Positions 27,108 through 40,267 of a DNA stretch of 64,000 bases are shown here, in pieces (the first letter of the stretch is position 1; every line of letters begins with the position of its first letter). The translations under genes and the position numbers were made by a program. The notes under the pieces were generated by a model. The model searched no databases. It saw only the letters and a program-made list of their open reading frames with translations, and was not told the DNA's origin. Location: assembly GCF_006345805.1 (NCBI RefSeq), contig NC_043003.1, positions 67,518,001-67,582,000 of the forward strand, written 5' to 3'. The stretch comes from Octopus sinensis. Its lineage: Eukaryota.

Positions 27108-27308
27108 ACAGGCACAGCAAGTTCGGGGGAGGAGGTAAGTCGATTACATCGGTCCTAGTACTCAACTGGTACTCAACTGGTAATTGTTTTATCGATACCG
27201 AAGGGAGGAAAATTAATTCGACATGGGTGAAATTTGAACTGAGAACGTGAACACGGACGAAATGCTGCTAAGAGCACTTCACCTGGCGTGTAACGATTCC
27301 GCCAGCGC
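27108..27308 (-). mobile_element. SINE family A, diverged short variant
   Basis: aagtcgattacatcg..aaatttgaactgagaacg. Confidence 0.6.
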
Positions 27309-27895
27309 ATCAACATACCGAAACGATATATGGTTGTAAGCCGTTTTCATGGAAACATCTCATTTAAAATTAAAACATTTTACGCGATTTCAAAGAACTT
27401 GCAACATAGGAAATGTATGTAGTTTGCACTAAATTTGTTTTTCCTGTGAAAAATAATCAGGTATCATACATGATAAACAAGATTTTCAACTTTTATCATA
27501 TTTGAAATATGCAGAAATATTCAGATTTAAAGACATCTGAACATGAATATTTAAGACCTAGATGCATTTTAAGTGTCAAACAATGAAATTACAAAATGCT
27601 CGATCTTGCATCGCAATAGAATTCGACTGTTAACTTTAGAAGATATTATTCATTGAAGTTGAAGGCAGAAGTTGAATGACTTAAGCATTGCAACTACACA
27701 CAAATACACGCACGCTAACACACATCTACGCGCGCACACGCACATTCATGCATACACATACCTATATGTATGCATATATTATAAAATTTATAACATATAA
27801 TATATATGTGTATCGAAGGTGAAAGACAGAAATCGAGGGAAAGAGAAAGCTTGAAAGAGAACAAAGAATATATGTATATATATGTATATATACCA

Positions 27896-28125
27896 GGCGG
27901 CGAGCTGGTAGAAACGTTAGCACGCCGGGCGAAATTCGTAGCCGTATTTCGTCTGTCGTTGCGTTCCGAGTTCAAATTCCGCCGAGGTCGACTTTGCCTT
28001 TCATTCTTTCGGGGTCGATAAATTAAGTACCAGTTACGCACTGGGGTCGATGTAATCGATTTAATCCCTTTGTCTGTCCTTGTTTGTCCCCTCTGTGTTT
28101 AGCCCCTTGTGGGTAGTAAAGAAAT
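27896..28125 (+). mobile_element. tRNA-derived SINE family A, full length
   Basis: ggcggcgagctggtagaaacgttagc..gagttcaaattcc..gtgggtagtaaagaaat. More than 10 related copies in the window. Confidence 0.8.
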
Positions 28126-28155
28126 ATATATGTATATATGTATGTATATATGTAA

Positions 28156-28194
<39 letters not shown>

Positions 28195-28754
28195 GTGTGT
28201 GTGTGTGTGTGTGTACCGTTGCCATATATGTACATATATATGTATATATATTTATGCAAATATGTTTATATATATATATATATATGTGTGTGTACTGTTG
28301 CCATATATGTACATATATATGTATATATATTTATGCAAATATGTTTATATATATATAAGAATGAATGTTTTTATATATAATGAACGTGAAATACAGGAAG
28401 GGACGAACACGGAACACAGACAAATCATTCGAAGCCTTCAATCTTCAGTCAGACACCGAATCATCATAGCAAATTTCGGCTGTTCAATTCTGATATTTGC
28501 TCCAACTCGGCCAGCCCCAAGAAAAAAAACTAAGCTGTAAGCATTATATTTCTTGGTAGAAGACAGGAATGTGAACGCACAAGACGGATGTGAATACAAG
28601 AGACGAAAACGAAATTGAAAACAGTAATGAATAAACAAAATATATATAACGGTGGTTGTCATACGACTTTAGACCAAATGAGACAAAAACAACAACAACA
28701 ACATAGCTGGCGTAGAAATAATTACCGTTTCGGTAGCGGGGACACATGTTGGTC

Positions 28755-30469
28755 CATTTTTTTATTACCCACTAGGGGCCACGAAGAGGGAACATTACAA
28801 AACATGGGGGACACAAAACAATGCGATTAAAATTATGATTAAATGAATGTTAAAATGAAAAAATGATAACATGAAAGCGATGCTAACGGCCCCCTCCGCC
28901 AGCATCACTTACCTTTCCGTTTCCTATCACGATTCCAAAGTTTTTCACCTCACCTTTCATTTCTCTCTCATATCTCTCTATCATATCATCCCTCATAAAT
29001 GCTGATAAACAATTTATACGTAGTTCATTGCACTTGCTCATCAAAGAGCCCATGAGTTCAAAATCGAATACCGCATAGCTTCCATCCTCATACTCCTGCC
29101 ATACATCGTCTTCAAAAAGCCTTCTTGCGTTCTCAGTATCCCCCTTCCCCACAACACATAAAAAGTAGGACTGGGTCTTGTGTATGTTCTGTGTGTCAGT
29201 TTTCGTTTTTCTTGTAGGCGGGGAGTGGGTGGGATTGCTGTTTGCGGGGGCAGGATGGGTCTCCAAGGGTGTGGGTGGTATTGGGGTGGGTTGGGGCTTC
29301 GCACAGGTTTTCCTTTTCTTTCCTTTTCTCTTCTTTCTGCCCTCCTCACACTCTTTTTGCATCTCCTCCTCCTCTGTCATTTCCCTTTCCGTCTGCTTCT
29401 CTTTAATTTCTTCTTCTTTTGGGGCCTCCTCTTTTGGAGTTTCCTCAACGATTTCCTTTTCTCTTGGTGGGGGAGGGCAGAAGGCTCTTATATGGCCCCT
29501 CAGGCCACACTTGTAACAACGTGGAGCTCTGCCCTCCACCCACACTCTCATAATCACGTCTCCCAATTTAATGCACTCCGCCAGGTCCACCAGTACCTCG
29601 CTCTCCGCCTGCACGTTTAGCTCCACTATTACGCCTCTCCAGCCCTCGGTCTTGACCGAGGCATGGAGAATATCTACTTTCTCCTCGTGGCCGCTGATCA
29701 CAGCCGCCACAATCCACTCAGCCTCCACGTTTGGTGGCACTCCCTCCACCCTTACTCGTGTGATCTTTCTATTCAAGTACATAGGTAAAAGTGTTACCTT
29801 TTCTGACTTCACCGCCTTCACCGCCATCTTCCTCGCTGCAGTCTCGCTTTTAAAATGTACCACTACAGTACCGTACTTCGATCCTCGAGTCAGAAAAATG
29901 ATTTCCTCCTCCGATCTTCTCAGGGCCTCCTCTATCCATTCCATGTTTACGATCTCTATTTTCTTTCTTTCGTTCGCGAACACCCTGTAAATTATGGTCC
30001 TTTTATTGTACCATTCCTTTCTCTTTGGTGGTGGTTCCAGTTCCACCTCGCCGCTGTCCTTCCTCATATACCTCTGGAAACCTGGCAATTTTTCCAGGTT
30101 TATTTCCTTTTCCTGTTCCGTCTTCTTTTTTGCAACTCCTGCGTACGTTTTCCTGTTTTTTGTCTCCACATTATTTACATCACCGATTTGCTCGTCTTCA
30201 GAGTCCGATGTCTCCGACAAGCTCTCAAATATCCATTCTTCCTCCGACTCCTCCACTAGGGAGTGGTCATCCATCTCCTCCCGCCTGACAGGCCAAAACG
30301 GCCGTCAAAACAGAAAAAGTGTAACGCGCAGAACCAGTGGAACGCGAAACCGCTTTAACGCCGTTCAAAATTTCCACAACAACAACAATTCTTTTTTATC
30401 TTTTTTTACCGAATTTTACGAGCGTAAAAAACACGACCGAACTCAAACTGACGAACAGACAACTGATCC
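28755..30469 (-). mobile_element. ORF1-only non-autonomous non-LTR retroelement, copy 1
   Basis: 5' end GGATCAGTTG (Inr-like TCAGTT), about 195-nt 5' UTR, ORF1, 128-nt 3' UTR ending AATAAAAAAATG. Flanked by gcggggacacatgttggtc at 28736-28754 and 30470-30488. Confidence 0.8.
28883..30274 (-). CDS. Gag-like ORF1 protein (463 aa) of a non-LTR retroelement, Tx1/L1-type
   Basis: Uninterrupted 463-aa ORF. Acidic N-terminus, TYAGVAKK motif, RRM-like region, CX2CX4HX4C knuckle CYKCGLRGHIRAFC (29477-29518), E/K-rich stretch with KKRKGKKRK, P/T-rich linker. Clade call is inferred from architecture. Confidence 0.85.
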   Translation of the reverse strand: MDDHSLVEESEEEWIFESLSETSDSEDEQIGDVNNVETKNRKTYAGVAKKKTEQEKEINLEKLPGFQRYMRKDSGEVELEPPPKRKEWYNKRTIIYRVFANERKKIEIVNMEWIEEALRRSEEEIIFLTRGSKYGTVVVHFKSETAARKMAVKAVKSEKVTLLPMYLNRKITRVRVEGVPPNVEAEWIVAAVISGHEEKVDILHASVKTEGWRGVIVELNVQAESEVLVDLAECIKLGDVIMRVWVEGRAPRCYKCGLRGHIRAFCPPPPREKEIVEETPKEEAPKEEEIKEKQTEREMTEEEEMQKECEEGRKKRKGKKRKTCAKPQPTPIPPTPLETHPAPANSNPTHSPPTRKTKTDTQNIHKTQSYFLCVVGKGDTENARRLFEDDVWQEYEDGSYAVFDFELMGSLMSKCNELRINCLSAFMRDDMIERYEREMKGEVKNFGIVIGNGKVSDAGGGGR

Positions 30470-30488
30470 GCGGGGACACATGTTGGTC

Positions 30489-32204
30489 CATTTTTTTATT
30501 ACCCACTAGGGGCCACGAAGAGGGAACATTACAAAACATGGGGGACACAAAACAATGCGATTAAAATTATGATTAAATGAATGTTAAAATGAAAAAATGA
30601 TAACATGAAAGCGATGCTAACGGCCCCCTCCGCCAGCATCACTTACCTTTCCGTTTCCTATCACGATTCCAAAGTTTTTCACCTCACCTTTCATTTCTCT
30701 CTCATATCTCTCTATCATATCATCCTCATAAATGCTGATAAACAATTTATACGTAGTTCATTGCACTTGCTCATCAAAGAGCCATGAGTTCAAAATCGAA
30801 TACCGCATAGCTTCCATCCTCATACTCCTGCCATACATCGTCTTCAAAAAGCCTTCTTGCGTTCTCAGTATCCCCCTTCCCCACAACACATAAAAAGTAG
30901 GACTGGGTCTTTTGTATGTTCTGTATGTCTGTTTTCGTTTTTCTTGTAGGCGGGGAGTGGGTGGGATTGCTGTTTGCGGGGGAAGGATGGGTCTCCAAGG
31001 GTGTGGGTGGTATTGGGGTGGGTTGGGGCTTCGCACAGGTTTTCCTTTTCTTTCCTTTTCTCTTCTTTCGGCCCTCCTCACACTCTTTTTGCATCTCCTC
31101 CTCCTCTGTCATTTCCCTTTCCGTCTGCTTCTCTTTAATTTCTTCTTCTTTTGGGGCCTCCTCTTTTGGAGTTTCCTCAACGATTTCCTTTTCTCTTGGT
31201 GGGGGAGGGCAGAAGGCTCTTATGTGGCCCCTCAGGCCACACTTGTAACAACGTGGCGCTCTGCCCTCCACCCACACTCTCATAATCACGTCTCCCAATT
31301 TAATGCTCTCCGCCAGGTCCACCAGTACCTCGCTCTCCGCCTGCACGTTTAGCTCCACTATTACGCCTCTCCAGCCCTCGGTCTTGACCGAGGCATGGTC
31401 ATTATCCACTTTCTCCTCGTGGCCGCTGATCACAGCCGCCACAATCCACTCAGCCTCAACGTTTGGTGGCACTCCCTCCACCCTTACTCGTGTAATCCTT
31501 CTATTCAAGTACATTGGTAAAAGTGTTACCTTTTCTGACTTCACTGTCTTCACCGCCATCTTCCTCGCTGCAGTCTCGCTTTTAAAATGTACCACTACAG
31601 TACCGTACTTCGATCCTCGAGTCAGAAAAATGATTTCCTCCTCCGATCTTCTCAGGGCCTCCTCTATCCATTCCATGTTTATAATTTCTATTTTCTTTCT
31701 TTCGTTCGCGAACACCCTGTAAATTATGGTCCTTTTATTGTACCATTCCTTTCTCTTTGGTGGTGGTTCCAGTTCCACCTCGCCGCTGTCCTTCCTCATA
31801 TACCTCTGGAAACCTGGCAATTTTTCTAGGTTTATTTCTTTTTCCTGTTCCGTCTTCTTTTTTGCAACTCCTGCGTACGTTTTCCTGTTTTTTGTCTCCA
31901 CATTATTTACATCACCGATTTGCTCGTCTTCAGAGTTCGATGTCTCCGACAAGCTCTCAAATATCCAATCTTCCTCCGACTCCTCCACTAGGGAGTGGTC
32001 ATCCATCTCCTCCCGCCTGACAGGCCAAAACGGCCGTCAAAACAGAAAAAGTGTAACGCGCAGAACCAGTGAAACGCGAAACCGCTTTAACGCCGTTCAA
32101 AATTTCCACAACAACAACAACAATTCTTTTTGATCTTTTTTACCGAATTTTACGAGCGTAAAAAAACACGACCGAACTCAAACTGACGAACAGACAACTG
32201 ATCC
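30489..32204 (-). mobile_element. ORF1-only non-autonomous non-LTR retroelement, copy 2
   Basis: Same ends and layout as copy 1. Third target copy at 32205-32223. Repeat period 1734-1735 bp. Confidence 0.8.
30774..32006 (-). pseudogene. Second copy of the gag-like ORF1, frameshifted near its 3' end (410 aa)
   Basis: About 98% identical to 28883-30274. Two 1-bp deletions in C-runs (gagcccatg to gagccatg near 30782; catccctc to catcctc near 30724) truncate it at ELMAL*. These could be homopolymer sequencing errors. Confidence 0.8.
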
Positions 32205-32587
32205 GCGGGGACACATGTTGGTCGAGATACGAAGGCCAACAGAATAGTTTAAGAAGCAGCAGGTCGCAGGAGAGAGAGAAAGAGAGACAGAGAGAGAGGG
32301 AATCAAAGAGGGTGGAAGGCAGGGGACAGAATCAGTGACCAAGAGAAAAGGAGAAAGAAGGGATTAAGGAGGATGGGAGGAGGATGGGAGGAAGAGAGGG
32401 GAAGAATCGGAGGGCGCCAAAAAGTTTGGTGAAGAAGCAATGGCGGGTAGGAAAGACAGAGTGTATAGAAGCCGTGCAGGGTTTAAAATTGGACAAACAA
32501 ACGGGGGGCGGGTGCACGTAACGCCGCAATAATATAAGAATGAATGTTTTTATATATAATGAACGTGAAATACAGGAAGGGACGAAC

Positions 32588-32620
<33 letters not shown>

Positions 32621-33021
32621 TATTATTTACTAACGCATATGTATAAATATATGTAGTTATATATGTATATGCTTCCTTATAAATGTGTGTCAGTGTCCAT
32701 CTATGCGCTTATATATCTGTCCGTGGGTGTAAGCCACGCCCCAATCAATAAAATTATGATTAAACTATAGAGCTGCAATTCACTAGATAAACTGTAAATT
32801 AAAACAATATAGCAACTATACTTACCACATCAAAGTAAATTATGCTAATTTGCAGAAAATCATTTTAATATGTTTATTTACTGTCAACAATGTATACTAG
32901 AAGAATTAGACTATTAATTAAAACTCTAATTTAATTTATGCAAGAACTTTTTCAAAAAAAAACGTGTGTTATTAATTACATTAATGCAAATATATAAATG
33001 GATTTGAAAACATTATGCATT

Positions 33022-33216
33022 GGCGCAAGCGTGGCTGTGGCTTTTAGGCGCACGCGTTGTTTTACAGTAAGGAGATTTGCTACTCAGCTACATGTTCCCG
33101 GGTTCAGACCCTTTACCTAGCACTTTACGTATCATCTACTCGTCTTCTATAGTCGAGGGTCGACCAATGCCTCGTGAGAGGATTGCTTAGACGGAAACAA
33201 AAAGAAATGAGTCGTA
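33022..33216 (+). mobile_element. SINE-B, decayed
   Basis: gcgtggctgtg..gttcccgggttcag..gacggaaac. Confidence 0.55.
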
Positions 33217-33489
33217 TATATATGTAAATATATATACACGATATGATATATGAGGATTATAAGATCCCTATGATTCAAAATATTGCATTTTAAAATCAAA
33301 CCAATGGAAACATCTTACATCTAATAATCAATATTAATTCACATCTGATATTCTTCTTACCGGTATTTTCGGCCCAACCTGCAAGTGGAAAAAGAAATTC
33401 ACAAAATTTCCTACCGTATTAGTCCCGTACAGTTTATGATAGGAGGTTTGGCAGAAGAGCACACAAGCTGACCAAAATAATTTCATGGA

Positions 33490-33600
33490 ATGTAAAGAAA
33501 TGACGTTTATTTTTCAACATAGTCTCTCTAGCAATCCACACAACACTTTATCGTCGATGCAGCTTTTGGATCCCTTTGGTGAAGCTATGCGGCTGTATAC
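33490..33600 (-). mobile_element. mariner 3' end remnant
   Basis: Resembles the terminal GIQKL.HRW.KCV...GDYVEK* segment. Heavily decayed. Confidence 0.35.
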
Positions 33601-36360
33601 CTGAAATGATATTAGAACACGTATTCTAGAGAGATGGACTGGAATTTTATTCTTTTTATCATAACTTGTGAATACTTAAAACAATTGTGTGCCTAGAACA
33701 TTGATTCATATAGAATATCTCAAATAATTGCCCGGATAAATAGTTTATTTACCAAGAATAATGAATGGAAAGATAAAATGTAGATCCACCTGTACTGAAT
33801 ATTCAGTAACGGTATTTGAATGAGAGCGATTTAGTGATTTGTAAATTTATCAAGAAGAAATTGCTTGATAAACATATTCAGGGAAGATAATAAGGAGTAT
33901 ATGGACAGAACAACTGTGAATCTTAAAGTCTATCTTTAGTCGAGCATTTGATGCTTTATAAGCCTTTTGAAAATCGTAACGACGATGGCCTGGGGGGGGG
34001 ATTCAATCATAGATAGGAAAGAGAAAGATATCTGTTCATAGCCATTTTGCGAAAGAAAAAAGAAATAAAAATTGCTTGGCATTTGAAATGTGAAAAAAAA
34101 ACCAAATTAAAAAAAAAGAAAAAAGAAAGGGGGTGGCCTTGGAGATAGGGTACAATCAGTCAACTGCGCACAATCATAGAGCAGCGAGAATCGAAGCATC
34201 AAAAAATTCTGAGAAATGACAAAATCTAAAAATTACAGCGTTGTTCCTGTCATAATGTTTGATGCCAGTGCTTGGATAGCATCAAAAATCAATATATAAG
34301 GAATATGAGATGAGAAATATCAGATTTGAAACTAGCGAAGGATCCATTCTACAACTTCAATGAAAATGAATACTTTATTCCCAAAACATTACAAAGATGT
34401 CAAGGAACGGTCCTTGCTTTTGTATTCTTATTCTGGATAAAATATAACTCTCATAGTAAACGTTCAAAAATGGAATATTTCATACAAAACAATCGTTGGT
34501 ACGGAGATATAATATTTAGATTTTCAGTGCGTTTGTTACCTTAACTATTGTGTGCGATAAACACATCTGAAGGAATTCTCAACTCTTTTGTATATGCTTT
34601 GTTATATCTGCACTAATATTTAAAATATATTCAAGACAATCTCAAGAATTTTGATCCGATTTATAGAACTTATCTGTAACCATGAATTATAGAAAAGCGA
34701 TTATCAAAAACTTTTGATCGATTTTTCCAACTACAAACTAATTAGATTACTATTTGAACAATTTTAAGCCTATTGTGCAAACTATTCAAAACATAGTTTA
34801 AGTCACAAGGAAAAATATATAACATATTTAGATTTTTGTACGTTTGTAAACTTAATTATGAACATAATCATACACGTATCTCCAGACTTATGTTATTGCG
34901 ATATTAAACTTACTGAAGTACATTCAGACGTCAATTAATCCGAAACTACCTTGATAGATCATCCTAATCGAGGAATATTTTTGTCAAAGTACACAATTAC
35001 AAAACTGAACGTGTAATGTATACGAGGAAGTCTTGAGAGATTTAACTGAAACGAACATTTTCGTTGAAAGCCAACGTAAAGTGCTCTGCACAAGATCTAG
35101 TATATTACAATCCAATTACTGCTATTAAACGTATTTCGATAAACACAAGCAAACTTTATAGCATCTCTACAATAGAAGATTATATCGGAAGAAACAACGT
35201 CTTTTGAAAAGACGAATACAGAATATCTTTGCTGATATTCAATATTGTTACGTTAAAGATTAACCCAAACATCCCAATTTAGAGAATCTTACGAATTTTA
35301 TCAATGATTGACATAGGTTTTAAATAGATTAACATGTTTTTTTAAAGATTTTAATCAATTTTTTGTTAATTCATTGCTTGTGCTAGTTCGAAAAAATAAT
35401 CAGTTAATTGCTCGAAAGTCGTTGTATTAATCAGTGAAACATTTGCTATAAAACTGATGACAGATAAATATTCTTTGGGGAAATACTATTGGTGAACTTC
35501 CTGTAGACAGAAAGGCAAGCCCAGACACATAGTCATACAGAGAAGCGCACACATATGTAATTTCACTTGTGTAAAGTAATATATATTTACGCATAATATA
35601 TAGAAAGAAATTTATATACGGAGTGGGAGATTCGGAATCCAGAATTTTTGCTGGTGAAGTCGTAGAAATTCTCTGACAACCTCTTCAGTCTCTTTCCGGA
35701 GATATGTCAAAAATGTGGCCTTCCAGTAGGAACCCAGAGATTGCCGATAGTTTCTATTAATTTCATATAATTGAATTGAGCCTAAACATAATTCGAATAT
35801 GTGGAGACGTATTCCAGCTTTTACACACGGTAACAATACCTTTTCCGTAGTCTCTTCTGCCAGTAAAGTTTTCATAGCCTTCGTTAAGTCTTGCAACTCT
35901 ATATATCGTTCATAGAACATTCAGTATCAGGTATGATTTAAAAATTTTCTTTCCGGCGCAAATCCTCATGATACAAGTAACTCTTTACCAGTATTCAGAC
36001 GGCTTCAATTCCTGCATGCCAGCTAACTTTCTTTCAACTGTAAATGTAATCAGTCAATGCCGTCGACGTATCCCTAATGCATCAACCATTTGCAGAATAA
36101 AAGGGAACATCACAATTGTTCAATTTTGTATAAATTCCTTGTATTTATGTGTGCATATTTGGGTATAATTGACCCCGCTTTATAACGGGTGCGGGTTAAT
36201 TGCCGTAACTTTAATGTTAGAGAAATACACAGATACAAAAAATACCATGCTCACATAAGTATATACTGTGTTGATTAGTTCGTCTACATGGGTGTTCCAC
36301 CATGTCCAAAGTGACATGACTGAAATAAGTTTAAAAGAACAAGGGAAAGTATAGAAAATT

Positions 36361-36393
<33 letters not shown>

Positions 36394-36432
36394 ATGTGTA
36401 TATATATATATATATATATATGAATATATATA

Positions 36433-36471
<39 letters not shown>

Positions 36472-36654
36472 TATATATATATGTGTGTGTGTATGTGTGT
36501 GTATACATATATGCATATGAGAGGGATGACCACTATGTGGAAAACACTTATGCTAGATGTAGATCCGCTGTTGTCATTCCACTAAGGAATGTTCTCAAGA
36601 AAATTCACCAAACACCAGAACGTAAGTGATATAATTATATATATATATATATAT

Positions 36655-36701
<47 letters not shown>

Positions 36702-38664
36702 AGATAGATAGATAGATAGATAGATTGATAGACATACAGATAGACACTCACACAGACACACACACACACATATATATGTATATAATCTTACTGTTAATAA
36801 AAGCCAATGTGCGTTGCATTCCGTTACTTAATAAATGAGAAAAATATATTGTAAATACACAAATGACAAATAAAAAAGTTATAACGTATGCTGAGTGTAC
36901 AAACGGGCGTAAGACAGACACAGAAGGTGTCTAAGTCGTTATCAGTTATTAACCAGATGGTATAACTCAGTTTCTTATCACTGGTGATAAAACTGAAAGG
37001 CTTCCCATTCATGAGGTGCCCGCGAACGTTACGGAGAATATAGGACCGAGAGCCAACAATACATGGATATCAAACGATACAGAAATGAACATTCGAAAGT
37101 GAATAAATGTAATGTAAGACGATGGACGAAGGAGAAAGATGGAATAAATAAAAAAAAACGAGCAAAATATATCCTCAAGGCCAAAAAGACACGAATGATG
37201 GGTAAAGCTTAGAGGCCAGCTCCCAAAGGATTAGAAAAACAATAAATAGCAAGTCGTGCCAGTGAGACAGAGAATTGAGGACTGGTAAGCTACGAGATCC
37301 TTGTAAAAATAGGGTGATATGTATGTTTGTCATTGTTCAGTTTTATTTCAAGATTTCCTGCCAATAGAGAAAGAACCGGCTCATTCATTGGATTTTTAAT
37401 ATCAACAACAGAGTATTTTTGTGTGTATGTATGTATGTATGTATGTATATGTGCAAATGTATGTTTTGCTTTATGTATATATTCTCATGCATATAATTAC
37501 ATAGCTAGACATTCTCATATAGATTTAAATGATAAACTTTTGAAAAGTTTTACAGAATTTTTCCAGTTCCACTGATGGGTTGGTTCAGTAGTCTTTCAAT
37601 TCACTTTCTCATTTCTGGTTTTGTGAAGCTTAATTTCTCAAGATTGGTATTTAGACAGCAGTGTATTGAACAGGTATCGGTAACGTTATGCCTATATAAT
37701 TTCTCTGAAACTTTTGTATTAATAATCATGTCCTTCGAAATTGTTTCAGAATGATTTTAATGTCGTTGGAATGCAACCCACTATCAGTTTACTGGCACAT
37801 CTGTGAATTCCTGTTTCAATCAACCTTTAGGAATAAAACTGTATGTATTCTTAATCACAAATCCTACCTTAATTATTTGCAAACTGAGAAATATACGACG
37901 TGATAAATTTGAATTTTCCAATTCCATATTATATTCAAATGTCTTAAAGAACATCGTAAGCACTCAGATATTTTATATTTAACGACATATTTTTCAGTTA
38001 AAAGTATCTCAAGTAAACGATATTTAAACAGGCGTTCATTACAAATAATGTGTTTAGCCATGTACATAAGTACATTGATCTATTACCAATGGATTCCTTT
38101 CATAAAATATTCTCATTTAATGAGTATCCAAGAAATATTCTGACGATGCATAATCTTAAACAACGCTCTCCAATTCACATTTTAGTATCAGCCATGATTC
38201 TTTATATTCTTATTCACTAAGATAATGTGCGCTCATGCTTTATAAATTATTTACTCGTCAACATCAGATAGATATTTAAAGAGGAAATGAAAGTTAACAT
38301 GCGACAGATGATATAATTCTTTGTTTAAAAATTCATGCTACAACATAAAACGTAGTTGCTGGATGTGTTACATTCAACGCTATAAGAAAAGTAACGTGAA
38401 AATTTGCAAAAACCTGTTGGCAGCAGAGATAATCAACACAGATTTATTCAGTCTATTTTTTTTATTTATTAGATATTCAAAGATTTACTATTCATGTATT
38501 TTAGGTTTCTTTTCAACTTCCGATTTGATCTGTTTGGTTTCTAAGGGAAATGTGTGTAACAAGTAAGCAAGCTTTCCCAGCTGATTGTGAAGGGGCCATC
38601 CTATCTCCGTTTAAGCTCTACATGATGCAGTCACGTTTACCTACGCACAAACACACACGCATAT

Positions 38665-39559
<895 letters not shown>

Positions 39560-40037
39560 TATGTGTGGTTTTGTGTGTGTGTGCGTATGTATGTATGTAT
39601 TTATGGGTCCATTGTTTTTCGTTAACTTGAGACATATTTCAAAATGATTTAACCAATATATTTACTGTTACATAATTTTAACCTCACAAAATGCTTATAC
39701 AATATCTATAAATTCACAACGAATTAATGTGACAGGATAACGCTTCATAAATATGTACGTATATTGAATAAAATATTCATATGATCCTTGGAATTAAGTC
39801 ATTTTTCCATTCATCTATTCCATTCCATGGTTTTCTTCTTCACCTTAGAATTACTTTTTTCAGTTATATGACTGCGGCCATGGTGGAGCACTCCAGGACT
39901 TATTCTCCCGAACCGCAGATTTATGGGGGTGTATATAAACCAACATCGGTTGGGAGACAAACGCTGACAAAAATGCATGCATATACATACATCACATACA
40001 AACATTACATACATACATACATACCATACATCCATAC

Positions 40038-40118
<81 letters not shown>

Positions 40119-40124
40119 ATATAT

Positions 40125-40267
40125 ACGACGAGATTCAGTTTTTTCTACCAAATGCATTCACAAGGCTTTGATTGGTCTGTGGTTGTAGCAGGTGCTACGC
40201 AGTAGGACTGAACCCGGAACCGTGTTTTGAGAAGCAAGCTTCTTATCACACAGCCACTCCTGCACCT
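40125..40267 (-). mobile_element. SINE-B 5' part
   Basis: gactgaacccggaacc..aagcttcttatcacacagccactcctgc. Confidence 0.7.

Larger units (their letters stand above)
28353..32588 (-). mobile_element. Penelope-like terminal element (about 0.77 kb: 28353-28754 plus 32224-32588) interrupted by the ORF1-only tandem
   Basis: Identical 57-bp direct repeats at 28353-28409 and 32532-32588 abut (TA)n, a partial-tandem pLTR-like layout. Decayed hammerhead-like ctgaaga...gaat...gtc on the minus strand near 28420-28455. Similar layout to 20240-21114. Confidence 0.5.

Noticed and set aside
29178-32133. Plus-strand and alternate-frame ORFs overlapping the ORF1 copies
   Set aside because: Antisense shadows of a purine-rich coding strand, duplicated only because the element is duplicated.
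28736-32223. Three identical 19-bp repeats as a CRISPR-like array or LTRs
   Set aside because: The spacers are 1.7-kb near-identical units in a eukaryotic context. The repeats fit target-site duplications and lack TG..CA LTR ends.
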